Origin: a virus
Virus record (IMG/VR): IMGVR_UViG_3300027792_000010
Length of the DNA: 64,000 nt
Reading direction: 5' to 3' (one strand)
Under the pieces are notes generated by a model. It was given only the letters and a program-made list of their open reading frames with translations, made no database searches and had not been told where the DNA came from. This document shows positions 1-8,030 of this stretch, one piece after another (the first letter of the stretch is position 1; each line of letters opens with the position of its first letter). Both the position numbers and the translations under genes were made by a program.

Positions 1-1201
1 GACCTATACAAGCATCTTGAAGTCTTATACTTTCTCCACAGGCTTTAATTCCCGACGAACTATCGGTATTTTTAAGTTTAATTAATACATACTTTTCAAG
101 ATTAATAGATGCATTTAAGTCTCTATCTATGACATTTCCACAATCACATATATAAATCCTATCTTCTAAAGTAAGGTCTTCTTTCAAACAACCACAAACA
201 GAACACGTCTTACTTGAAGGAAAGAACCTATCTACTTTAATTATGGAACCTCCATACCAAGAGGTCTTATAGGTTAGTTGCCTTTTAATTTCATTAAAAG
301 AAGCATCTCCTATAGCACCTGCAAGTTTATGATTTTTCATCATACCAGAGACGTTTAAATCTTCTAAAACGATGTATCTTGGTTTGGTTTTCGCCAAAAT
401 ACTTGTCATCTTATGAAGAGTATCTTTTCTTTGACTACTAATTCTTTTATATATCTTTTGTACTTTTAATTTACTCTTTAATCTATTATTACTTGATCTT
501 TTAGTTTCTTTATCAAACTTTTTACGAGCTAAATCCTTTTGAGCATGAGCTAACTTTTTCTTTGATTTTTTAAGATACTTAGGATTTTCAAATATTTGAC
601 AATTAGAACATGTAGCTAATGTTTTAATGCCTACATCAACACCTAAAACAGATTCTATTTGGTTTACTGGTTCTGGTATATCTTGTTCTACTTGAACAGA
701 TATATACCATCTATCAGCTTCTTTGGAGACTGTCATAGAGTTTATTTTAACATCTTTAGTTGTTATATAACCTTTTTCTTTAAGTTTTACATAACCGACT
801 TTAGGAATATTGATTGTTGAATTAGTTATATAGAACCCAAAGGAAATCCTAAAAGAATCTTTGTCTTTATGTTTTGACTTGAACTTAGGGAAACCTACTT
901 TTTTACCTTGTTTCAAACCTCTAAAAAAGTTTTTGAAAGCTGTATCTAAATCCCTTAATGCTTCTTGAGGAGCCATTTTGGATATATCATACATCCAATG
1001 ATAATCAGTTTTCTTCTTACTACATAAAATTTTATGTTGATCTATAGCAGTTAAGGTTTTCTTTTCTGACTTATAAAGTTCTATACGTTCATTTAATCCC
1101 CAATTATAAGCAAAACGAGCACATCCAACACTCTTTTCTAAAAGAGTACGTTGTTTATTATTAGGATTAAGTTCTACTTTATATGCTCTATTTATCTTCA
1201 T
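1..1201 (-). mobile_element. tnpB: TnpB (IS200/IS605 OrfB) RNA-guided nuclease, 3' end runs off the window; no TnpA adjacent
   Basis: Hand translation (absent from ORF track) from ATG at 1201: MKINRAYKVELNPNNKQRTLLEKSVGCARFAYNWGL ... DRFFPSSKTCSVCG ... CDCGNVIDRDLNASINL; HTH_OrfB N-terminus, Zn ribbon and RuvC-III DRDxNA motif. Confidence 0.93.
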
Positions 1202-1296
1202 TTTCTTTATTCTTCTTAGTCATATGACTTCTTCTACCATAAATTTTAGCTGAATAACAAGACATAATAGTTAAGATATCTGTTAGATTCCCTTAA

Positions 1297-2118
1297 TCAA
1301 ATACCTATTTTTAACCCATAGTATTTGAGCTTTAAAGAAGGTTCGTATATATTAATCTTATTATACAATTTTATATGCTCAAGAAATCTTTTATGTTCAA
1401 GTTTCCAGGCTTCCAAAGATTTATGGTTGAAGGTTAATTCTTTTTCTAGCTTTTTGATAGTTAACTCATTCCATTTAAAATGATGAATTTCTATACCAAA
1501 AGAATGAGGGGATAGCTCCTCAAAGTAGGGTTCTGTGTTGCAACCTTTAAAATAGACTCCACCTCTATTTATAAATACGTGACGACCTCCCCCAATATCT
1601 CTACTCATCTTAGCGCATACTATCTTTTTATCCCAACCTTTTAATATTTCTTTTGTTATATATCCACCTATTGGGTACTGGACTTCCAAAGGTATATCTT
1701 TGATTATAGGCGTTAATTCACCAGTAATACATATTCTATCTATCAGCCTGCCCTCAAGGTAATCAAATCCAAGGCGTTTTGCGTTTTTAATGGATGACCT
1801 AATATCTTTAGGATAAAATTGAAATTCATCTATATCCGCATATATAGCCCAGTCGCTATCTTTACGGTAATGGCTACTTATAAGTTTTTCCTGAGCTACC
1901 TTTTCGTCCTCAGAAAATTCTCCTGGCCATTCTTGGAGGACACACAGATTTCTATACTTTTTAACTTTTTCTTTTACAGTATTGTAGGTCTCAGAGTCCT
2001 TTGATGCATTCACTACAATAAGTATCTTTTTAGGTCTAAACTTTTCATAGTGCTGTAAAAACATATCTAATAAGGGAGTATCGAAACAACTTATTGTAGT
2101 TATTACATAGATTCTCAT
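1297..2118 (-). CDS. Glycosyltransferase family 2-like protein
   Basis: N-terminal 'LDMFLQHYEK' segment and DxD motif 'WAIYADIDEF', typical of GT-A fold proteins. Confidence 0.7.
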   Translation of the reverse strand: MRIYVITTISCFDTPLLDMFLQHYEKFRPKKILIVVNASKDSETYNTVKEKVKKYRNLCVLQEWPGEFSEDEKVAQEKLISSHYRKDSDWAIYADIDEFQFYPKDIRSSIKNAKRLGFDYLEGRLIDRICITGELTPIIKDIPLEVQYPIGGYITKEILKGWDKKIVCAKMSRDIGGGRHVFINRGGVYFKGCNTEPYFEELSPHSFGIEIHHFKWNELTIKKLEKELTFNHKSLEAWKLEHKRFLEHIKLYNKINIYEPSLKLKYYGLKIGI

Positions 2119-2153
2119 ATTGTTCCTATCTATGTGTAGCCTATAAAGACTTA

Positions 2154-2330
2154 TTATAGTCGAACATTAAAAACCTCTAATTTAGAGATATCTATTCTTA
2201 AACCTAAATATTGCATACGCTGTACTAGCTTCCCCAAGCACATATCTATATCTATATCTACCCATGGGTCGTCAGCTTTCCATAGATAGGTTGAAGCAGT
2301 CTGGGTTAAAGTTAAAGTTAAATCTTCCAT
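2154..2330 (-). CDS. Small hypothetical protein (58 aa), paralog of 5776..6036
   Basis: Hand translation MEDLTLTLTQTASTYLWKADDPW..., directly downstream of the promoter at 2340-2368; N-terminus nearly identical to ORF 5776..6036. Confidence 0.6.
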   Translation of the reverse strand: MEDLTLTLTQTASTYLWKADDPWVDIDIDMCLGKLVQRMQYLGLRIDISKLEVFNVRL

Positions 2331-2339
2331 CATAAAAAT

Positions 2340-2368
2340 AATATACTTTTTGGAAGTATGAGTTTAAA
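2340..2368 (-). promoter_or_regulatory. Recurrent sigma70-like promoter (representative copy): TTKAHA/TTGMHA-like -35, 17 bp, then AAAAAG or AAATAG abutting TATATT
   Basis: TTTAAA-17-TATATT here. Same -10 context (minus strand) at 6046, 15092, 18474, 21589, 27191, 32805, 33413, 35822, 44521, 45492, 51975, each just upstream of a minus-strand gene. Confidence 0.8.
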
Positions 2369-2376
2369 GTGTAAAA

Positions 2377-2452
2377 TGGCTGGGACACAGGGACTTGAAC
2401 CCCGAACACCCAGAGTCAGAGTCTGGTGCTCTACCAATTGAGCTATGTCCCA
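2377..2452 (-). tRNA. tRNA-Gln(CTG)
   Basis: Cloverleaf: acceptor TGGGACA/TGTCCCA, anticodon arm CCAGA-CTCTGAC-TCTGG, G73, encoded CCA. Confidence 0.95.
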
Positions 2453-2537
2453 CTATATGTCTGTTTATTACTCTTAGCTAATCCTTAAAACTATATAATA
2501 ATAAACTTCTTATTGAGAGTTCTATATTAATAAGTTA

Positions 2538-2608
2538 TGCCCCTAATTGGTCTCGAACCAATGACTCCTGTTTTAGAGACAGTTGTTTTACCACTAAACT
2601 ATAAGGGC
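2538..2608 (-). tRNA. Amber suppressor tRNA (anticodon CTA)
   Basis: Acceptor GCCCTTA/TAGGGGC, D stem GTTT/AAAC, anticodon arm ACTGT-CTCTAAA-ACAGG, T arm ATTGG-TTCGAGA-CCAAT, A73. Confidence 0.88.
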
Positions 2609-2614
2609 ACATAA

Positions 2615-2884
2615 TCACTCTATCACATAGATACCAGTTACGTTGGTTATCCAGTTCTTAGGGTCCTGAATAACTTCAATAGTCCACTGGTCTTCCTTCT
2701 GAATATGATCTCTCTGCCACTCGTAAAACATCTTCTGAGCCATTTTCAGGTCATACGAAGTTTTTACAAGATATGTATGCTCTGAACTTTCTGGTGATAC
2801 GAATTGATATAGCTTGCTAACCATACCATCTCCTTTTGTTATACTAAATGTAGATCTTTGAATATAACTCCTAAATCGAAACAT
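2615..2884 (-). CDS. Hypothetical protein
   Basis: ORF track; true start probably the internal MVSKLY. Confidence 0.5.
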   Translation of the reverse strand: MFRFRSYIQRSTFSITKGDGMVSKLYQFVSPESSEHTYLVKTSYDLKMAQKMFYEWQRDHIQKEDQWTIEVIQDPKNWITNVTGIYVIE

Positions 2885-3150
2885 GCTATCGCTGTCTCTT
2901 GACCATCTAAGTCTGGTTCACGGAATACAGAAAAATACTTGCCTACTGTGGTAAGCTTTTCGTTCCAGGCTCTGAGAGCCAGTAGATTACTGACTCCCAG
3001 AAATACAATCGTCTGATTGCCCCAAATACTGAAAAGACCAGAGTGTTCTAAGGCAAACTGAGAAACCGCATGACACCCTTGGACACAGCGATAAGTTTCT
3101 GCCAGGTCCTTACGGACAAGGACATACATTCGCGGTGTTCGCGTACTCAT
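2839..3150 (-). CDS. Peptidyl-tRNA hydrolase 2-like protein
   Basis: 'MYVLVRKDL...VQGCHA...FREPDLDGQETAIA' matches phage PTH2-like proteins; start placed at MSTRTPR to avoid overlap with the upstream ORF. Confidence 0.75.
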   Translation of the reverse strand: MSTRTPRMYVLVRKDLAETYRCVQGCHAVSQFALEHSGLFSIWGNQTIVFLGVSNLLALRAWNEKLTTVGKYFSVFREPDLDGQETAIACFDLGVIFKDLHLV

Positions 3151-3409
3151 TTTGGATCTCCTGAACAAGTTTGAAATTAGGATAGTTACCTTCCCTTGTA
3201 TATCTTTCAATTTTATCATAACTTCTACCTCTCATTAGACAGTAAGCTATATGCTTATGTCTGGTTATCCAACTTGTACGCCCAATTTCATTATCCAGGT
3301 CTTCTATTTTCCAGGTACCTCTATTACCCTGAGGTCTGTGAGACTTAAGTTCTCTAATCGTTACAGATAACGCTTTCAATTCATTCTTTAATTCACTTAA
3401 TGGTTTCAT
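3110..3409 (-). CDS. Hypothetical phage protein
   Basis: ORF with SD (GGAG); 'RHKHIAYCLMRGRSYDKIE' resembles common phage hypotheticals. Confidence 0.6.
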   Translation of the reverse strand: MKPLSELKNELKALSVTIRELKSHRPQGNRGTWKIEDLDNEIGRTSWITRHKHIAYCLMRGRSYDKIERYTREGNYPNFKLVQEIQNEYANTANVCPCP

Positions 3410-3670
3410 TTCAATCTCCTTAAATTTAGTTGTTATTGTCTTCTTATAGAATAATAGAAAGGCAATAACTTTTAAGGGGGCTTGAAAACCTATGGGAAAT
3501 TAAGAACCTACAGCATACCTACTCCTTAGTCTGTTTTTGAAGGAACTAAAATATATTTACACAATTTCCTCTATACATTTTTAAGTATCCAATTATTTTA
3601 ACACCACGATCTAACTAAAGCTATATTTGCACTAATAATAATTATTTCTAAGTCAGAAAATTAAGTTCCT

Positions 3671-4087
3671 TTACTTAGTTATCCATATTACAGTAAAATC
3701 GGTATCTAATTTAAAGGGCTCTTGACTTACAATGTTTAACTTTGTAGCTCTGACAAGCTTGCTTGTAAAATTGAATAAAAATGCGTATAAATTACCAGCA
3801 TCGGATTTAGCTAAAACTTCCATAAATCCTGAATCGGGAACCATTTTTAAAGTACTTTGCACTAAATAATATTTACTCGCTATTTCAGGCGTTTGATGTA
3901 AAAAGTACCAAGAATCAGACGTATCATTGGTTATATAAAAAGTGTATGTCGAACTCTCCATTACAGTACCCACATACTTCGAATCCTTATCAATAACTAC
4001 CCGGTGGGTAGTAGTAATAGGAGAAATATTTCCTCCAGCAAATAAGAAAGAAAAACCTAACGCAATCAACATCAGAAACTTACTCAT
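3671..4087 (-). CDS. Secreted hypothetical protein
   Basis: Signal-peptide-like N-terminus MSKFLMLIALGFSFLFA. Confidence 0.6.
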   Translation of the reverse strand: MSKFLMLIALGFSFLFAGGNISPITTTHRVVIDKDSKYVGTVMESSTYTFYITNDTSDSWYFLHQTPEIASKYYLVQSTLKMVPDSGFMEVLAKSDAGNLYAFLFNFTSKLVRATKLNIVSQEPFKLDTDFTVIWITK

Positions 4088-4162
4088 ACCATTCTCCTTG
4101 ATTAGATTAATATTATACCTATACCCAACAAATCATAAAAAATTACTACTCAATAGCTACCT

Positions 4163-4396
4163 CTAAATATCTATAATATTCTTTTTCCATACATAACCCA
4201 CCCTCGGATTCCAAGGATCATCACTGAATATCCTTCTATCTTTATATAAGGGATCGATACATAGTGTGAAAATCCAGGCGCTGATATATAGTTTATGATT
4301 TCCAAAGATCATTCTTAATCTCAGTTTGAAAAACAAGTCCAGAGAGATATAAAAATATGATTCTCTACTTTTGTTAAAAGTTATTCCAAATACCAT
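4163..4396 (-). CDS. Small hypothetical protein
   Basis: ORF-track start (4471) lies inside tRNA-Pro; start moved to MVFGITF. Confidence 0.45.
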   Translation of the reverse strand: MVFGITFNKSRESYFYISLDLFFKLRLRMIFGNHKLYISAWIFTLCIDPLYKDRRIFSDDPWNPRVGYVWKKNIIDI

Positions 4397-4422
4397 AGTC
4401 AATTTATCCCCAACAAAAAAAT

Positions 4423-4499
4423 TGGTCGGCAATACTGGATTTGAACCAGTGATCCCTTGCTCCCAAAGCAAGTGCGTTACCAGACTACGCTAATTGCCG
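4423..4499 (-). tRNA. tRNA-Pro(TGG)
   Basis: Acceptor CGGCAAT/ATTGCCG, anticodon arm CTTGC-TTTGGGA-GCAAG, A73, CCA. Confidence 0.95.
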
Positions 4500-4509
4500 A
4501 TAGATAAAC

Positions 4510-4644
4510 AGTAAACCGAACCCAGCCCACATTCAACACCATCTTTTCATTTAAAGGTTACAATTTCCTGCCACCCCGCGAGTAACCACAGGTGGTTGAG
4601 CGATTGCTGGCTGGGTCTTGTTTCTTCGTCAGGTCCGGTTTACT
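4510..4644 (-). ncRNA. Putative structured ncRNA between the RNA ligase gene and tRNA-Pro
   Basis: GC-richer intergenic segment with nested stems AGTAAACCG/CGGTTTACT, GACCCAGCC/GGCTGGGTT (G-U favours the minus strand), TCAA(C)CACC/GGTGTTGA, GGTTAC/GTAACC. Confidence 0.55.
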
Positions 4645-4651
4645 TTTTATT

Positions 4652-5638
4652 TTATAAGTTATTATCCAAATAGCTCATCCAAAATATTCTAGCTTTATTG
4701 GATATAAACGATCCCATCTTTTTAGGATCTATACCATTTTTAATAATGGTATCCTGTTCTTCCTTCATTACATCACTATATACCCACCTTATGTATTCTC
4801 CGGTGGTAGATTTATCCAGAGGATTCCCAAGTTCTTTCATTTTGTCGATGCCTTGCTGCATCCTATTTTCAGTTACAGCATATTCAACAAACTCTTTTAC
4901 ATTTTCTACCTCTTCGGTGTCGATAGAGGCAAGTTTCTTAACTTTACTATTCTGATGCTTCTCACCTTTCACCTTAAAGATATATCTTTTGGTATCATCT
5001 ATATATTCCCAAACTATTCCTTCCCCCAAACCACCTATCCCAAAGTATTTACCCACAGGGCATTCTTCTTCTACTTTTATAGTAAGCTCTACTAGTTTAT
5101 TCTGAGCTATTTCTGGCTTATTGAAGTCTATATCCAGTTCATAGTTCTCAAACTGAAGAATATTGAATATCTTTTTATCCTCATTCTTAAGATGCTTGAA
5201 TTGCTCTATAGGCTTATAGACATCATCTATTCTAATTGCAAAAATTACCCACATGACAGGTAGTTTACTTATAGCTACACATTTTTGTATGCCAGAACCA
5301 CACCACTCTCCATAGATAGCACAACTGTCATTAAATTCTATACCTTCAAAAATCTTGTCTATGTCTCTATTCGTCATGGTAAGCATAAAACGGTAATTAT
5401 CAGATTCTATGCTCAACAACCTATCTTTACTTTGATATTCATAATGTCCATCTTTATATTTAACAATGGCTGAGTTTGTGCCGTGAAGTTTTATGGTCCC
5501 ACGGAACTTTAGAATAGGATAATCAGTCTCATGCCTATAGACAGGAGCACCTGTTTTATCCTCACCTTTATAATCATGGTGAGATTTAACTGCTCTGATA
5601 ACTTCTCTGAATTGTCCTATATCGGTAAATTTTTTCAT
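4652..5638 (-). CDS. RNA ligase, Rnl2 family
   Basis: Motif I 'TIKLHGTN', III 'IYGEWCG', IV 'GEGIVW', V 'FKVKGEKH'. Confidence 0.88.
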   Translation of the reverse strand: MKKFTDIGQFREVIRAVKSHHDYKGEDKTGAPVYRHETDYPILKFRGTIKLHGTNSAIVKYKDGHYEYQSKDRLLSIESDNYRFMLTMTNRDIDKIFEGIEFNDSCAIYGEWCGSGIQKCVAISKLPVMWVIFAIRIDDVYKPIEQFKHLKNEDKKIFNILQFENYELDIDFNKPEIAQNKLVELTIKVEEECPVGKYFGIGGLGEGIVWEYIDDTKRYIFKVKGEKHQNSKVKKLASIDTEEVENVKEFVEYAVTENRMQQGIDKMKELGNPLDKSTTGEYIRWVYSDVMKEEQDTIIKNGIDPKKMGSFISNKARIFWMSYLDNNL

Positions 5639-5775
5639 ATCATATACTCACATTCTGTTTCGTCTTTGAATCTGGTTTTTTAACATTATCTTTTACGAGC
5701 CCGTAGTTAGCATTATTAAACTCACCCATCATTTCAGATAAGATTTCATCAGATACCACAAAAAATCTTTACCTG

Positions 5776-6036
5776 TCATAGGTATCCTCCAAAATGTATA
5801 GGTTTTTGTACATTCATTACACTAACTCCAGATGGATATACTAGCAGGTTTCGGAATATTTTATCTTCTTCTTCTTCCTGTATTTGTTGTACGTGCATGG
5901 ATATTATTTGATCGCTAGCTTCCATCATTTTTTGCCCATATAAAAACCAATCACGCCACGGGTCATCAGCTTCCCACAGGTATTCAGCTTCCCACAGGTA
6001 TGTTGATGTGGTCTGAGTTAAAGTTAAATTTTCCAT
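5776..6036 (-). CDS. Hypothetical protein (WEADDP family)
   Basis: ORF downstream of promoter 6046-6074; internal WEAE/WEAD duplication; paralog at 2154..2330. Confidence 0.6.
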   Translation of the reverse strand: MENLTLTQTTSTYLWEAEYLWEADDPWRDWFLYGQKMMEASDQIISMHVQQIQEEEEDKIFRNLLVYPSGVSVMNVQKPIHFGGYL

Positions 6037-6084
6037 CGTAATGATAATATACTTTTTGGAAGTATGAGTTTAAAGTAAAAAGAG

Positions 6085-6156
6085 CTGGAGTGCAGGGATT
6101 TGAACCCCGATACTTAGATCCAAAATCTAAGATCCTAACCGTTGGATGACACCCCA
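6085..6156 (-). tRNA. tRNA-Gln(TTG)
   Basis: Acceptor TGGGGTG/CACTCCA, anticodon arm TTAGA-TTTTGGA-TCTAA, G73. Confidence 0.92.
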
Positions 6157-6207
6157 GTAAAGTTGATGGCGACTGCGCTCATGATTGGTATCGCCACCGC
6201 TGAAGAT

Positions 6208-6285
6208 TGGTCTAGATGGAGGGATTCGAACCCACGACCCTCGCGCCCCAAACGCGATGCTCTAGCCGGACTGAGCTACATCTAG
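6208..6285 (-). tRNA. tRNA-Pro(TGG)
   Basis: Acceptor CTAGATG/CATCTAG, anticodon arm TCGCG-TTTGGGG-CGCGA, A73, CCA. Confidence 0.95.
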
Positions 6286-6296
6286 AGTTATTAAGG

Positions 6297-6380
6297 CTGA
6301 CACGGAGGGACTTGAACCCCCAAGCTCCTTACGGAGCGAACGGTTAACAGCCGTTTTCCTTGCCATTAGGATACGTGTCA
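6297..6380 (-). tRNA. tRNA-Asn(GTT) with a long variable arm
   Basis: Acceptor TGACACG/CGTGTCA (U1-A72), G73, anticodon arm AACGG-CTGTTAA-CCGTT, extra arm GCTCC-GTAA-GGAGC. Confidence 0.9.
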
Positions 6381-6430
6381 GTAAAAACAAATGTTCTGCA
6401 TTCATCTGTTATATTTAAAAGAACAAAAAT

Positions 6431-6470
6431 AAAAAAGCCTCAGCGATCCTTGGTTCGGTTCGCTGAGGCT
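6431..6470 (-). terminator. Attenuator 1 intrinsic terminator (3:4 hairpin)
   Basis: GCCTCAGCGA...TCGCTGAGGC followed by TTTTTTATTTTT; its 5' arm can instead pair with GGTTTCGCTGAAGG (6512-6525) inside the leader ORF. Confidence 0.9.
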
Positions 6471-6494
6471 CTTTTCAGAGATTTTGGCTGTTAC

Positions 6495-6581
6495 CTAATG
6501 CAAAACAACCACCTTCAGCGAAACCTTATTAGGTTGCTGTGGATTAGGGTTCGGGTTATTTTGATTAGTAACAATAAACAT
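6495..6581 (-). CDS. Attenuator leader peptide 1, MFIVTNQNNPNPNPQQPNKVSLKVVVLH (Asn/Gln/Pro sensor)
   Basis: SD AAAGGA, ATG, 13 consecutive N/Q/P codons, TAG stop 25 nt before the terminator; upstream of tRNA-Asn, Pro, Gln. Confidence 0.9.
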   Translation of the reverse strand: MFIVTNQNNPNPNPQQPNKVSLKVVVLH

Positions 6582-6610
6582 AATTTTTAATCCTTTTAAT
6601 GCTTAACTTT

Positions 6611-6639
6611 AATATACCACTTTGGTATAAGAAGATCAA
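6611..6639 (-). promoter_or_regulatory. Promoter of tRNA operon 1
   Basis: TTGATC-17 bp (ends AAAGTGG)-TATATT; same type at 29615-29643 and 36871-36899. Confidence 0.88.
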
Positions 6640-6653
6640 GAAAAATTATAGTT

Positions 6654-7046
6654 TTATTTTAATTCTTGATATTTAACAATTTTCATTTCCTCTTTTGAGA
6701 CCACTAAAGATTTTTCCAGTAGAAGATTTGACTTCTGTATAACTGTTCCTGCTCCAAGCCAAGGAGCTATTAATTTATATTTCGTTCCTTTTGAGTTCTC
6801 AAAAACAGCCATACAAAAAATTGAATCTATACTAAATCTTATTTCGTCTCTATATATAAACTTCATTACACTACATGTATCATTTACTGGTATGCTGCTT
6901 TTTAATCTCCATCCGTTATTATCTAACTGAGTATTATTCTTATATACCATCATTTGAGGGGTACTATATTGTTTTTCAAAACCCTTATTATTACCACAAG
7001 ACGCTATTACAATAATAGTTGATAATATTAATGCTTTGTATTTCAT
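6654..7046 (-). CDS. Putative lipoprotein
   Basis: Signal peptide with lipobox-like 'IASC'. Confidence 0.6.
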   Translation of the reverse strand: MKYKALILSTIIVIASCGNNKGFEKQYSTPQMMVYKNNTQLDNNGWRLKSSIPVNDTCSVMKFIYRDEIRFSIDSIFCMAVFENSKGTKYKLIAPWLGAGTVIQKSNLLLEKSLVVSKEEMKIVKYQELK

Positions 7047-7975
7047 ATGCCCATTTCCTTTACTTCTTTTTTACCATCTTCAGTAAATTTCTCTACATCT
7101 TTATCATATTTTTTTAGTAATTCTTCTAATTCTGAAACATGTATTTTTTCTTCATTAGCTATGTCCTGTAATACTTTTTTAACCTTACTGTCATCAGTTG
7201 AGTCTACAATTATCTCATACAGATGTATTGCATCCAACTCAGCAGCTATAGATTGTCTAATAACTCTTGTTATCTCTCTTGGATCTAGTTTATTTTCTGG
7301 AGTAAGCGTTGGGGCTATAGTCGAGAAATCCATAGCTTTCTTTTCAATACCCTTTTCCATCTTATCTAATCTATCATAGTAATCAGGTAACTCTTTTAGA
7401 TGCGCTTTTGCTATAACTTTATAAAAATTTTCTTTCGTGATTGGCATCTTTATCTCCAACTTTTTAAAGAACTTACAAAAGAGTTCATATAAATCCTTAT
7501 GCTCTTTTTCTACATTTATCCCTTCTTGAATTTGAGAAGATGCTGAAAGATACATATGTGCTACCTTAAGAGCCATACCAGACTTTTTAATTGAGTTTTT
7601 GTCGGCTGTGTCCATTTGTTGTACCACCTTTCTTGCCCAGGTAAACCCAGGGTCACCTCCCCAAATTAACCAAGCTACGTAACCCCTATCTTTCCAGGGC
7701 TCGTCTTTATGTTTAGGGTCTATGCTTTTGTTCTTTTCGTGTCTTGAAAAGAAACTGAACATTCTTTTGATAGTATCTGGGGAAATCTTATCACGGTTCT
7801 TTAAATTTACAGCTCGTTGAACACCGGAACCTATGCCTTCTTTAGCAGCTTGTTGGGTATTTAGCCCCCCTTTACCTCCAGCTTTTTGACGGTATTCTAA
7901 TCCCTTGTTTGCTGCAGAAGCAACTTCTTTAGGAGGGACAAAATCAATATGTTTGTACTTCTCAAGAATAGACAT
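7043..7975 (-). CDS. Multi-domain phage protein: N-terminal phage domain, DUF5661-like middle, C-terminal ferritin-like (rubrerythrin/encapsulin-cargo type) domain
   Basis: 'VPPKEVASAANKGL...VAWLIWGGDPG'; 'EGINVEKEH...IAKAHLKELPDYYDRL'; 'AIAAE-like ELDAIHLYE...IANEEKIH' ExxH di-iron pattern. Confidence 0.65.
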   Translation of the reverse strand: MSILEKYKHIDFVPPKEVASAANKGLEYRQKAGGKGGLNTQQAAKEGIGSGVQRAVNLKNRDKISPDTIKRMFSFFSRHEKNKSIDPKHKDEPWKDRGYVAWLIWGGDPGFTWARKVVQQMDTADKNSIKKSGMALKVAHMYLSASSQIQEGINVEKEHKDLYELFCKFFKKLEIKMPITKENFYKVIAKAHLKELPDYYDRLDKMEKGIEKKAMDFSTIAPTLTPENKLDPREITRVIRQSIAAELDAIHLYEIIVDSTDDSKVKKVLQDIANEEKIHVSELEELLKKYDKDVEKFTEDGKKEVKEMGI

Positions 7976-8030
7976 AGAAACTCCCTTAATACTTTTAGTA
8001 AGTATTAAGGGATTCTATATTGAAAGATTA

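Noticed and set aside
2538-2608. tRNA-Pyl
   Set aside because: Canonical cloverleaf geometry with GG in the D loop and TTC in the T loop; no pyl genes in the window.
4510-4644. Hammerhead ribozyme (CTGACGA...GAAAC)
   Set aside because: No stem II between CUGANGA and GAAA, and no stem III with a GUH cleavage triplet in register.
6165-6198. Hairpin between tRNA-Pro and tRNA-Gln as a separate ncRNA
   Set aside because: A single short stem; most simply a tRNA spacer or processing structure.
6421-6600. T-box riboswitch as the explanation for the tRNA-operon leaders (GAAGGTGGTT resembles the T-box core)
   Set aside because: There is no GGTGGNACC-type bulge, stem I or specifier loop, and the leaders are too short. 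A translated leader with a cognate codon run explains all three loci.
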